Assembly: GCA_023515725.1 (NCBI GenBank)
Contig: JALDTO010000142.1
Location: 558,001 to 622,000 of the forward strand
DNA from: Amoeboaphelidium protococcarum X5
Taxonomy: Eukaryota > Fungi > Aphelidiomycota
DNA: 64,000 nt
Reading direction: 5' to 3'
Position 1 is the first letter of the stretch. Each line of letters begins with the position of its first letter. The translations under genes and the position numbers were made by a program. Shown here piece after piece: positions 1 through 13,113 of the stretch. The notes under the pieces are model-generated. The model ran no database searches. It was given only the letters and a program-made list of their open reading frames with translations, and was not told the DNA's origin.

Positions 1-1111
1 AAATGGAATGGAACTAATCAATTGGAACATGGCTTGTGTCTCTACTACAATAAGTATGACAAGTATGCTTACCTACTTTTAACTCTTCCAACTTCCCTAA
101 ATAATCGCTATATGGAGAAATTAAACTAGATCTTAAAGGATTAACAATTTCCCTTCTTGAGCAAGTTCTCCTCCTAGTAGTTGAAAGATAAGGCTAGAAG
201 TGTCTTTTAAAAGATGGTGAGAGAAGGGCATCCTTTTAAATGGATGGGTGGCTGGATATTTGCTGGAATAAGCGGGAGCCATTTTGTATTGGATTCCCGC
301 AGTCCTGAAAGAAATCAATAATTAATTGAGGACTATTGCATTAAACGAAGCTAGTTTATTGCAAAGCATTACATTGCTATTCCACCATCATCTTATGTCA
401 ATCAAGTGCAATGCTCCCATTCTACTCCAATTCCAGTGTAACAAGGCTTCTCCACCCCGACACAAGTCGGTAGTATTCCACAATCATCCAATCAACCTGC
501 CCTGCCGCCAACTTCAATTAAACGTTCTTTGGTAGATGTCTTCTCTTAGAGCCGTCAACCTCTTCCTGGTCAGGTTGATCGTAACGGGCCACCGGTAAAG
601 AAGATTGAAGTTGAGGAAGACTACGAACATTTGCAGTAGTTGGTGAAGAACCAGGAGGAATACATTGAAAGTCTTGAAAGAGAATTAAGAAAGATGCGCA
701 CAATGTACCGTATCATCATCGGGTTAGATATGTTGAAGCTCTGGGCATAACGTTATTAGGAGTTCCATTCACGTCGGATTTTCTTAGTAAATACTGTAGT
801 GCTGTTAAACTTGATATTTAAACTCAATGAGAAAGAATCGATTTGATTTTTAAGGATCTGTTTCACTATCAGTGATCAGCTTACCACAGGATGTTTTCTA
901 ATTACATTGTTATTTGACTAGCTAAATCTTGTTTTATCGCTTTTTGTCAATGCCTCACACTTTGTGATGCGTTGCGTCTCAGTGTTAGAGGCGGGGTGTC
1001 TGTACATAGCCAAAACTTGATCGACTGCTGTGATAATCAAAAGGTGGGAATTGCGCCTTGAATTTTGAAATTAAAGGAGTTCTATTGTTCAGATTCCTAC
1101 AACGTGCACAT

Positions 1112-1277
1112 TAACAAAGTGTTATTCATCTACCAAACGGTCAATGATCAGTCTAGCAACTTTTAATCAGATTCGCTAGTTGTTGATGATAACAAAACAA
1201 TACAGCAAGCTTGAGTAATTCTATCGTTGCTGTGACTATACCATGAGAATAACACTTTGTTACTCCTCTGGCGCGTC
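1112..1277 (-). repeat. Dispersed, diverged inverted copy of the 177-bp repeat unit found at 47.9-48.5 kb (TIR-like arms 1112-1127 and 1247-1262)
   Basis: taacaaagtgttattcatc...ggtcaa...gtctagcaactt...agattcgctagttg...gagtaattctatcgttgctgtgactatacca..gaataacactttgttac aligns colinearly with the reverse complement of the array unit, with a ~6-bp deletion. Confidence 0.85.
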
Positions 1278-1475
1278 ACGTTTTGTGGAACGTTCGACCG
1301 GCTGCCGGGCGTGTTTTACTTTTCCCATTCACTTCAGTCTCGTCTTTCATTCATTCATCATAAACATTCAATTCAGTTTAAGCTCTGAAAGGGGATTTTT
1401 ACTAAAGAGTTGTATTCTTCACCATCTGTCACCACCTGAATCTTTAAACATAAATAGTCTCAAGTATTTTGAATT

Positions 1476-4076
1476 ATGCCAGCATCACAACCTGCTACAG
1501 TGATGGATTAGGTGCCAACGTCAGGTGACTTGAAGCATCACAAGAGAAACAATACTGGTGCTCGTGGTTAGAAGCATAACTAGGTTGAGCTTACCAAGGA
1601 GCAGTGGTAGCACTGGAATGAGCTGATGAAGCAGGATGATATCAATGTCAACTCTGTGGAAAAGTCTGTGGTCAAACATGCTCTGACTACCCTGGCCAGG
1701 ACTCCTTACAATCTGGATGGACTTGCTGCTTACCAGTCTGTTGCTCACTCTGTCAGAGACCAGTTGATCAGTCGTTGGAACGAGACGCAAAACTACCATA
1801 CTGCTCAGAATATGAAGAGAGTGTACTATATGTCTTTGGAGTTTCTGATTGGTCGCTCACTGGACAATGCTATTTTGAATATGGAGTTGAAGGGTACTTA
1901 CAAGGATGCTATGCGTCAGTTGGGTTTTGACTTGGAGAATGTGATTGAAGAAGAGGTGGACGCTGCTCTGGGTAATGGTGGGCTTGGTCGTTTGGCTGCA
2001 TGCTTTATGGACTCGTTAGCCTCCCAGAATTATCCTGCGTGGGGTTACGGTCTGCGTTACAATTATGGTATCTTCTAGCAGCGTATTATTGACGGTTTCC
2101 AGGTGGAGTTTCCTGATTACTGGCTGACTTACGATAATCCTTGGGAGCTGCCTCGTTTGGATGTTACATATGATGTGCGCTTCAATGGTACCGTCCAGCG
2201 TGAAGTTGATGCTAATGGTAAAGCCAAGTGTAGATGGGAAGGAGGCGAAGTTGTGCAGGCTGTTGCGTATGATGTGCCTATTCCTGGATGGAAGACCAAG
2301 AATACGATCAACATTCGTTTATGGCGCTCTGTACCAAAGAAGAAGTTTGATCTGGCTTCTTTTAATGAAGGAAACTATCAAAAGTCCGTAGAGGAGAACA
2401 TCAGGGCTGAGAACATCACGTCTGTCTTGTATCCTAATGACCACACCATGGCTGGTAAGGAGTTGCGTTTAAAGTAGCAATACTTCTTCTGCTCTGCCAC
2501 CCTGAGAGATATTATCCGTCGCTTCAAGAAGAAGAATTAGGATTGGAAGAATTTCCCGGATCATGTTGCTATTCAATTGAACGACACTCATCCAACGTTG
2601 GGCATTGCTGAGTTGTAGCGTATTTTGGTCGATGAAGAAGGCTTGGAATGGGATGCTGCTTGGAGTATTGTGACTAAAGTGTTCTCCTTCACTAATCACA
2701 CTGTGTTGCCCGAGGCTATGGAAAAGTGGTCGGTACCAATGTTGCAAGAGCTGTTACCTCGTCATATGCAGATTATTTTCGATATCAATCTCTTCTTTTT
2801 GCAGAATGTGGAGAAGAAGTTCCCGAATGATCGTGATCGTCTGGCAAGAATGTCTATTATTGAAGAGGGAATGCCGCAGTTTGTGCGCATGGCCCATCTG
2901 GCTATTGTTGGTTCTCACACTATTAACGGTGTGGCAAGTATCCATTCCAGCCTGATCAAGTAGACCATTTTTTAGGATTTTGTAAAGTTTTATGGCGATG
3001 AAAAGTTTTAGAATAAGACCAATGGTATCACGCCTAGAAGATGGCTGCACCAGTCTAATCCTGATTTGAGTGATTTGATCACAAAGACTTTGGGCAATCA
3101 GGACTGGCTGAAGAATTTGAGCTTGTTGAAGAATCTGAAGAAGTTTGCAGATGATCAGCAGTTCTAGTAGAAATGGATGCAGGTCAAGTTAGAGAATAAG
3201 ATCCGTCTGGCCAACTACATCAAGGATAATAATGAAATCGATGTTGATCCGAATGTGATGTTTGATATCCAGGTGAAGCGTATTCATGAGTACAAGAGAC
3301 AGTTTATGAACATCCTGAGTGTAATCCATCGTTATTATCAACTGAAAGCAATGACTGAAGAGCAGAGAAAGACTGCTGTTCCTCGTGTTGTTATCTTTGC
3401 TGGTAAGGCTGCACCTGGCTATTACATTGCAAAGTTGGTTATCAAGTTGATCAATAGTGTGGGTGATGTTGTGAACAATGATCCGTAGACGAGCAAGTGG
3501 CTGAAAGTGGTGTTTTTGTAGGATTATAATGTGTCCTTGGCTGAAGTTATCATCCCTGCTAGTGATATCTCTCAGCACATCTCCACTGCTGGCACTGAGG
3601 CTAGTGGTACCTCAAACATGAAGTTTGTGCTGAATGGTGGTTTGATTTTGGGAACTCATGATGGAGCCAATGTGGAGATTGCGGAGGAAATTGGGTCTGA
3701 GAACATTTTCAATTTTGGATTGAAGGCTGACCAAGTTGATGAGGCTAGACATTAGCAGCGTTATAGAAAGACTCCGATGAACAAGGACCTGGCTGCAGTG
3801 TTATCCCAGCTGTAGAAGGGAGCATTCGGTAATGCTAAAGTTTTGTAGCCTCTGTTGGACACTCTGACTGTTGGCGGAGATCATTACCTGCTGTCTGTTG
3901 ACTTTGCTTCCTACTTGGATGCTCAGGAGCGTGTTGACAAGGCTTTCCAGGATAAGAAGAAGTGGGCCAGAATGTCGATTCTGTGCTCAGGCGGCATGGG
4001 CAAGTTCTCTTCTGACAGATCCATTCAGGAATACGCAGAGTAGATCTGGAAGATTAAGCCTTGCGCTCTTCCTTGA
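1476..4076 (+). CDS. GPH1: Glycogen phosphorylase (866 aa, intronless, UAR=Gln)
   Basis: Motifs [63 protein letters not shown]; one continuous frame to TGA at 4074-4076 when TAG=Gln. Confidence 0.97.
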
Positions 4077-4266
4077 AAATGATACGTGGAATGATTCTGT
4101 GGATATATTGTAGGTGTGACTGGGTGATAGTTTTAAAATGAGAAGAAGGCGAATGAACAATTTTATCAGTGTGGAGGAAATGAATATTAATGCTCAAAAT
4201 TATTCTGTATTTCATCCATTATCGAATATTAGATATTTTACCGGCCGCGTATCATCATCATCTTCA

Positions 4267-5399
4267 TCACATTATACCTGAGGTCTTGAGCGAGTTTTTG
4301 ATCAACGTGTCCTTTACAGCGGAGAAGACAACCTTGATTTACTTGGTGTCCGTGGCGCATGTCAAATGAGGATAGATGGTGAGTCCTTGATGATTCGACT
4401 ACTTGAATCTCCATAGCATAAACTTGGACGCTTTGGTAAAATCATCATCACCAGCATATTCAGGAAAGTACTTGTTCAGAGGAGTCTTTTTGATTTTCTC
4501 CTTGAACAGATCAATCTTGTTCAAAAATAGAATGAATGAACTGTTCACAAACCACTAGCTGTTCACGATAGCTTCGAACAAGATAATGCTCTCTGCCATA
4601 CGGTTTTACGATGAGTCCTCCAACAAGACTTGATCATACTCTGACAGCGCGACTATAAATATCACAGAGGTGACATTCTCAAAGCAATGGATCCACTTCT
4701 TTCGCTCCGACCTCTGCCCACCGACATCATACATTGTGATATTGAGTTTATCAAGCACAAACTTGGTCTCGGTTATACCAGTAGATTTGACACGCGATTT
4801 CAATACGTCATCTTCACTAGGAATATAATCCCCAGAGGCCACCCTTTCAATATTATCAAAGAAGTACGGCGCAGTGTCCATGATGTAAAACTCATTGCTC
4901 CTTTCGAATGCTCGTTTCACCGCAGCGTCGATCCACACGGCCTTGATCATGTCACCCGTCGGCTTGTTGATCGTGGCGTCCATTGCACTGTACTTCACAC
5001 CCGTCAACTAGCGTGCAAATTCCACACATTCAGGATTCTCAAACTGATACTCGAATCGCTGACATGCCTCAATCAGCGCCTTGATACTATCGTATATATT
5101 CTTGCAAATGATGGGTTTGATGGACAAGAGTTCATCCTTGCTGTATCCGTTCATGAAACAGATTCTCATTTGTTTCACAATCGTTGATTTTCCAGATTCT
5201 CCGGCTCCTACACTAACGATTAACACTCAACGATCACTTTTGAATTTTAAAATATAATCATTAATGAGCCCTTACCTAATAATAAAATCTTGCATTCTTT
5301 AGTGCTCTGGCTCTTCTTCGCTTCCTCTTGCAAATACTGATTAATCTTGGCAGATTACTTGTTTTACTCAGACTATTCTTGAGATAGACACTGGCCCAT
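4267..5399 (-). CDS. Heterotrimeric G-protein alpha subunit; one intron 5208-5275
   Basis: MGQCLS lipidation N-terminus, [35 protein letters not shown]; GTAAG..TAG intron splits the LLLG/GAGES motif. Confidence 0.95.
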
Positions 5400-5728
5400 T
5401 TTTGGTTATTAGAGTTATCGTAAAACACTTGTAAAGTTATATAGATTTCGATTGTAAATAAGGCTCGCCGCTAATGTTTGCCTAACCAACGATACGCAGA
5501 GTTCACTATAGCGTGATAATTTAGTACTCACGGATATGTAATAGTCTTTTGTAGAGATTAAGAAGGTAAGACTTTCGGCCCAAATAAATTGCGAAAATCT
5601 ATAAATAGTTTGACTGGTCGCACCATCATGGCTATGCGGTCATTGACAACTCCTATCAACTTTGACACACATAACAAGCTAAAATCAAAAACCTAAACCA
5701 TCTTGTATAAAAATATACCAAATAAATT

Positions 5729-6466
5729 TCATCTCATATTGTCAATCAAAGAATCGCGCATATCTGTCACAATGGCAGATGGCTGGGCGTTCTACAGCTT
5801 GAAGATGCTCTCAATCACGGCCAGCTCTGTGCTGGTTGTGTCAAGGCCGGCAAACGCGCTATAATCATTAACAACCAATCCACCGCCAATAACATCACTA
5901 CCACGGTTCACAGTTCCGGAGACCAGTGGGATCTGAAGAAGTGAAGACAGTTCATCTTGATCCTGCACAGTAGTTCTAGGATGAACGAGGCCTCCTTGGT
6001 TAGAGAGAACACAATAACTACCAACGAGGACATTGTCAGCTATAGTCTGTCTGAATACTTCCACCTTGAGAACATCGGCGATAATCTCTTCAGTTTCCCG
6101 GTCAATATCTGGATGAACCAGGGCGACATAATCATTACAAGCGATCACATTACCCAGAGCACTAAGACGTTCTTCTATGCGCTAAATGGCCACAGAGTCT
6201 GGCAGTGAATTCCTGAGATGCTACAACTCCTGATCAGTGGTTGTACTAGGAACCAAGAGACCATGACGATTACCAGCAGTCAATCTACCAATAATACGAG
6301 TGCCAGCGATAGACGTGTGTACCACAGGAATGACCTGTCCGAGTTCACTCTCAAATACACTGTAAAAGTTCTCCGATCCACCAATAGCCACCAAGCAGTA
6401 CGCGTTAGTCAGACGCGAAAACACTCCAATATCATTCTTATTCTCGAATTATGCACGCAGCGCCAT
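5729..6466 (-). CDS. TIF6: Translation initiation factor eIF6 (245 aa)
   Basis: MALRA(TAA=Q)[21 protein letters not shown](TAG=Q)[19 protein letters not shown]; ends TGA. Confidence 0.97.
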
Positions 6467-6680
6467 TTTAATATTATAATTATTGTACTTGGGTAGTAGT
6501 AGAAATAATCGAGTAAAATGTATCAAATTTGATAATCAATTTTAAACAGCAATCGATGATGATAAAAGATCAAAATGGGAAAAGAATGCAAATTCGACCT
6601 TAACGCTCGGCTCTCTCTCTCTCTCTCACTCTTAATTCAATCGTCGATTTTATAATATTCACCGCAGATATTCACATTTA

Positions 6681-7856
6681 TCAATCTTGCATCGCTTGCT
6701 TTATAGCTTCAAAAACTCTCAGCTTATCTGGGACGTAGAATTTCTCAAAAATAAGCGGAAATGGCACATCATATCCACAGACGCGTTGTATCGGTGTCTC
6801 CAGTCGGAGAAAGCAACGCTCTTGGATAGTGGAGGCAACTTCGGCTGCAAATCCTGCAGTCACTGGAGCTTCGTGAGAGATAATCAATCGGCCAGTCTTG
6901 TTCACAGACTTTTCGACAGTCTCAATGTCCCAGGGGGAGATTGTGCGAAGATCTATCAGCTCAATCTTGATGCCAGGGAACTGCTACTCAGCCATTGCAA
7001 TAGCCCATTCCATAACATATAATTGCGAGCCATAGCCAACCAGAGTGAGATCACTACCCTCTTACAGCACTTCAGCCTTCTCAAGTGGTAATGTAAAATC
7101 TTCAACAGGCACCTATTCCACAGCGGATCTATACAAAATCTTTGGCTCCAAAAATACTACTGGATTAGGATCCTGGATTGAGGCAAGTAATAGTCCCTTG
7201 GCTTGCAGAGGACTCCGAGGCATCACAACTTTAACTCCGGGCGTATGAGCGAAATAAGCCTCCGGTGACTGAGAGTGATAATGACCACCATGACCGACTG
7301 CACTGCAAGGAGATCTTATAGTGAGTCCACCGCAGTCAAACTGATTACCAGATCTGTAACGATACTTGGCAGCTTCATTCACAATCTGATCAAAGGCCGG
7401 AAATATGTAATCTGCAAACTAAATCTCGGCAATAGGAGTATGACCCATAGAAGCAAGTCCAATAGCAAATCCAGCAATACCTCCTTCGCTCAGTGGAGTA
7501 TTGAACACTCGTCCTTGTCCATACTTTTGCAACAGGTTCATTGTGCATCGAAACACTCCGCCGAAAGCAACATCCTCACCAAACACCACAGCTTTATCGT
7601 TATTCTGCAGAGACAAGTCTATGGCATTATTCACAGATTGACACATGTTCATTTTCTACAGTTCATCCAACTTCTTGCCAGAATTTGAGTCGTAAAGTTC
7701 CTTATACTGACGGACATCTTCTACATTATGAAGGAGGAATTTAGACTGCGCAATGGTCAAGTTTTCTCCCGAAGCAGCCATTGGACCAGCTGCTGCATTC
7801 ATCTATCTACTCTTTGAAGAAATTTGTCTTTAAAAGCTTTTAATTACATGGTTCAT
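6681..7856 (-). CDS. BCKDHB: Branched-chain 2-oxoacid dehydrogenase E1 beta subunit, mitochondrial
   Basis: [17 protein letters not shown](TAG)[33 protein letters not shown]. Confidence 0.95.
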
Positions 7857-8198
7857 ATTATAATCTGATTAATCAAATTTATTTCAGCTTTACAGTGTTA
7901 GAGTGGAAAACTGTACGAGAGAGAACAGACCGAGAAAGTGAAGAAGAACGAGCGCTCTCAACGCACTGGGAATCTCAACGCGCTAGTTCGTTCTCTGAGT
8001 GTTAAAACAATTTCACGGTCATCTCTTACCCTTTCTCTCCCTTTCTCTCGCTCTTAGTCTCTTCTCTTTCAGACTCAATCAGGTTATTAGACGTGAATAT
8101 ATACGCGGACGGTCTAGTCGCGATTAGGTACATTGAAAATACGCGTCTTTACTCAATACTATAGGTAGGCGAATCGATTCATAAGTCGAGTTGGTAGA

Positions 8199-10277
8199 AT
8201 GGACGGTTTGCAGAAAAAGATTAGTGAACTGTAATTGCAGGTTGAGCAGTAAGGTGCTCTAGTCAAGTAGTAGAAGGCTCAAGGTAAAGCGAAAGATGAA
8301 ATCTAGCCAGACATTGCCAAATTGATTAGCCTCAAAGCTGAGCTATCAAAGTTAGAGGATTAGCTGCCAAAGTCTCAGAAATTTAATCGCGCCGCCTTAG
8401 AGGAAGTGTTGAGGAAGCGGTTCTTTTATGGTTAATCCTTCAGTCCTTATGGCGGTATATCTGGCCTGTATGATTATGGTCCTGTCGTGTGCGCGCTGTA
8501 GAACAATGTTGTCGATCTATGGAGAAAGCATTTTGTGTTGGAAGAAGACATGTTGGAAGTTGATTGTACTATCCTTACGCCGCATGATGTTCTCAAGACT
8601 AGTGGACATGTGGATAGATTTGCAGATTTGATGTGCAAGGATCTGAAGACTGGCGAGATTTATCGCGTAGATCATCTGGTGGAGAATGAATTGGAGCACA
8701 GATTGGAGCATGATGAACTGTTGAAGAAGGGCCAGAAGCTGCCAAAGAAGGATGTAAAGGTTGAGCCGCTGTCTCAGGCTCAGGTTGAAGAGATAAAATC
8801 AATCCTGGCCCAGATTGATGGATTCAATATGCAGGAGCTGAAGGATATTATTAAGAAGTTTGATATTAAGTCACCTTAGGGAAATGAAGTCAGTGAGCCT
8901 GAAATCTTTAATCTGATGTTTGGCACGTCCATTGGTGCAACTGGCCAGTTTCCTGGATTCTTGCGACCAGAGACTGCGCAGGGTCAGTTCTGCAATTTTA
9001 AGCGCTTGCTTGAGTTTAATAATGATCAGATGCCATTTGCTTCTGCCTCTATCGGAAAGTCGTTCCGTAATGAGATCTCACCTAGAAGCGGTCTCCTGCG
9101 TGTCCGTGAATTCCTCATGGCCGAGATTGAGCATTTCGTGCACCCATAGAAAAAGTAGCATCCAAAGTTTGACACTATGAAGGATGTGGTGTTGAATCTG
9201 CTTCCTGAGAGTGTATAGATGCAAGGCAAGACTGAAATTGTACGAATGAAGTTGGGTGAAGCTGTGAGCACCGGTTTAATCGATAATCAGACCATTGGCT
9301 ACTTTATGGCAAGGATTCATCTGTTCCTGGAGAAGATTGGTGTTGATATGCAGAGAGTTCGCTTTCGCCAGCATTTAAGAAATGAGATGGCTCATTATGC
9401 TGTGGCCTGTTGGGATGCGGAGATTCATAATTCTTATGGATGGATTGAGTGTGTCGGTTGCGCTGATAGAAGTGCTTATGATTTGACCAAGCACACGGAG
9501 CGAACTAAAGAGAAGCTGGTGGCGCGGGAGCAGTTGGAGAAGCCCATGGTTGTGGAGAAATTGTCATTGATTCTGAACAAGAAACTGTTTGGACCTGCGT
9601 TTAAAAAGGATGCTAAACTGGTGGAAAGTGCTTTGAATGCTTTGGGAGAGTCAGAGTTGGCTTAGTTGAAGAAGCAATTGGATGCTGGTGATAATGTTAG
9701 TGTCAAGTACGAGCAAGATCAGACTGCCACCATCACTCCATAGATGGTTCAGATCGAGTAGATTAAAGAGACGGTCCACGTGTTGGAGTATACTCCGAAT
9801 GTGATTGAACCATCGTTTGGTATTGGTAGAATATTGTACTCACTGTTGGAACATTCTTGGTACGTTCGTGAAGGGGACGATCAGAGAAATGTGTTCAAGT
9901 TCCCAGCAGTCGTGGCTCCTACCAAGTGCCTTGTGCTACCAATCTCCAATAATGCCGAGTTTCACCCGGCCCTGCAGTAGGTGACCAAAAAGTTGAATAG
10001 ACTTGGAGTCTCGAATAAAATCGATAACAGCTCCGGTGCTATTGGAAGAAGATATGCCCGCAATGATGAACTGGGTACCTCGTTTGGTATCACCATTGAT
10101 TTCTAGACTGTGAGCGATGGAAGTGTAACGCTGAGAGAGCGCGATTCAATGTCACAAGTTCGTGGTAGTGTTGATGAGATTTGTGAAGCTGTGAGAGATC
10201 TATGTCAGGATGTCACTAATTGGAGCGATATTGTCAAGAAGTTTCCAGCCTTTACTAAACAGGATGCTGACAATTGA
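8199..10277 (+). CDS. GRS1: Glycyl-tRNA synthetase (alpha2 type) with N-terminal WHEP-like domain
   Basis: [68 protein letters not shown]. Confidence 0.96.
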
Positions 10278-10354
10278 TTTCAAAGACAATGTGTCATACC
10301 TGATATCAATATATATATTATTCACATACTCTATTTGATGGTCTCAATTTTTTA

Positions 10355-11179
10355 TCAGAGTTGGCGTTAAATCAATCTGTTTAAAACTTTAGATCTAAGC
10401 AGTAGATTCTATCCGACACTAAATGTCGCTGATGTTAGCCAATACAGATTGATTGCCTACACACAACAGATAAACGGATACTATACGCATAGAATCAAAA
10501 AGAACATACCATGGGCATCTATACCGAAATAGGTACAGACATTACAGACATTGAGATTAACAGTATTCGCGCCACTACTGACATGTTCTATCGCAAATCT
10601 TACATCTACATAATATGCAAACACAATATCAACAGACAACAGTACTTAAATTATCGTAATAGCAATTCGTAAAAACCTTACCAGCTTGAGATTGAGCAGA
10701 TGAAGAGACACTAAAAGTCCCGCTGAGAGAAGGGACGGATCTCGCCGCGTCAAATCTTACCAAATGCCAAATCCACCTGTAGAAAGTCCATTGGCTGGTA
10801 AACGTTGAGTTTAAGCGGAACTTTGTTCATTATCCTCTTTATCTTGTTATCTGTTAAACCATATCGTGTCATGTCCGCATATAGATTTTAATGAGAGCGA
10901 GAGAGATATAAATATCGGAATCTAGATGAGAGGGAGGACAATATGATTAAGCGGACGAAAATTGGCTATCCTGTGTGCTTCTTGCAATTTGACTTTGTAT
11001 CGAGAGTCTATCAGGGCATATTATCGCACGATATCAGTATACGGAGTTATATTTTGTAATCGTTAGCTGGACGCGTGTAAATATATCGACACTGGCAGAG
11101 TTGTCATCGACCGCACCAATATCGTAGACTTTACAATTGTGAACCACCACTTTTCACCATCACTATGCAAGTAATCCAT
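10355..11179 (-). CDS. COX18: Cox18/Oxa1-family mitochondrial membrane insertase, 2 introns (missed by the ORF track; start uncertain)
   Basis: WWFTIVKSTILVRSMTTLPVSIY, LPLI(TAG)IPIFISLSLSLKSICG, GLSTGGFGIW(TAA)DLT, INLYWLTSATFSVGQNLLL. Confidence 0.75.
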
Positions 11180-11396
11180 CCAGCGAATCTTATATAGTAA
11201 TAATACTAATAATAAACCTGTAATTTGGTCAGCTGATTACAGAACGCTGACGGTTTCCACCAAGCTTAAAACGCGAAATCTCAGCGCGTTTCTTCCTCCT
11301 ACTCGAGCTGCTAAAGTCTTTACAACTCTGTTCTCGCCTCACTCCTGTTAGTAGCAATTAAATATTGAGCAATTTCCTCAGTAAATAATAAAAGTA

Positions 11397-12281
11397 ATGA
11401 TTAAGTGGTGCTTAGCAGTTCTGATTGTCAGTCTTGGTTTGGTTGTTAATGGTTTACATTTTTATATGCAGACTGACCAAGTGAAATGTTTTATCGAAGA
11501 GTTGCCTTCTGAGACTTTAGTACTTGGTAGGTGTGTAAATAATACTATTGCGTTTACAGTCTTCTTTGCACCCTGAATCTGCTTAGTGTAGGAAAGTATA
11601 AAACTGAGTAGTTTAATCCTTAAATCAATTAGTGGATTGAGAACCCAGCCTTGGGTGCGGAAATAGTGGTTGATGTAAGATACAGATCTTTAATATTTCT
11701 AATAGAATGAACAAGTATCGCTCGTTGATCACACTGTGATTATTGTAGTAAGTGCATGATAGACAAGTTATCAAAAGCCAGAAAGGAGGAAGTTCTGGTA
11801 GATTTTCTTTCACTTCAGGTACGTCTTCTGTATCCCAGTGATGAAACATATAAATGTCCAATGCTTGGCCGTATGGTCATTAATTAATAATAATAATAAT
11901 GTAGCCGAAAGTGCCACTTATTCCATCTGCCTCAGCACCAACAGAACTGGATGGTTTCAGAATGAGCGCGCGAAAATTCATTTCGATTTGGCGCTGGGCG
12001 ATGCGGCTCAAGACGAGAGCGATCTGCAGCAACAGGACGAGTCGCATCAGAAACTGTCCAACATTGCCTTCCGTGTCCGTGAGCTTAACCACAGAATTGC
12101 TGATATTCGACGTGAGTAGGCCTACTAGAGATAACGCGAAGCTGAGTTCAGGGACAAGAGTGAGTCAACGAATTCCAGAGTGTTGTGGTGGTCATTCTTC
12201 CAGGTGGTGTTACTCAGCCTGACTGCTTACTGGCAGGTGAGACATTTACAAGGATTTTTCACTGCAAAGAAGATGGTGTGA
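11397..12281 (+). CDS. p24/emp24/gp25L cargo receptor, alpha subfamily (ERP1/TMED9-like), 3 introns
   Basis: Signal peptide, [42 protein letters not shown]-terminal FFTAKKMV*. Confidence 0.92.
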
Positions 12282-13113
12282 TATTATGAGTATTCAACAT
12301 ACATGAGTGTACTTAACTTTTTTAATTTTTACTGTTTCGATCGCGTTGTAATTGAGTATGTTTCAATTCACGTTTTTTTGTGGTAATTATCTCTTGAGCA
12401 TTCAACATCTCGCATTTGACATGATCGTGAGAATTGATGAGATATGATACCATTGTGGTCTGAGGCGATTGAACATAGTGGATTTATGTTTTGCAAGCAA
12501 TAAGGTATTCCTTCATCCATTTCAACAATGGCTTTTTGTCTATCAATCCTGAACAAGATAACTTGCCACGTCGACCTCTTCACTGATCCCGACAAGAACT
12601 ACAGCGTGACTTCTCCTTATTGCAATTGACACAGATTCAACGACCTGCCTATCCTCCGAATCAGAAGCTTCTTAGAATTTAAAACATGATATCACCCCGA
12701 ACCGAAGAACTTCAAATATGATCCCATCTCTTAGTGTCCACGGCGTGTAGTGAATACTATTACAGGCTCTTGTACAAGTATCTGTTGCAGGAAATATTTG
12801 TGAAACTCCGCCCTAATCTTTGCAAATACGTCGCACTCAGAGTCCCTCGTAGTCATATGCTTTTTTCAACTTATCTGCAATATTTAGAATTGGAATAAGA
12901 TCTTGAAACTTAAAGCAAATTTCAAAATGTTTCAGAAAGTATCTGGATTGTATCCGCATTTGTTGTGAAACGCTTTTCTTGTTTCGAAATTTAAAGGAGG
13001 CGGCCGGCGACGCGTTTTTTCATTTCAGTCCAAGTCGCAGGTTGTGTCTTTTTATCTGTGTGTCTATCGGTCTGTCTGTCTGTGTGAATATATACTGATA
13101 AGGATATCTTGGG

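Noticed and set aside
1-900. Short ORFs on both strands at the window start
   Set aside because: The minus-strand frames I traced break at TGA even in the UAR=Gln code and I recognise no motif; possibly a decayed gene, unresolved
12368-12960. Minus-strand protein-like fragments between p24 and the Ulp2-like gene
   Set aside because: Interrupted by TGA in each frame traced, with no clear splice solution or family motif
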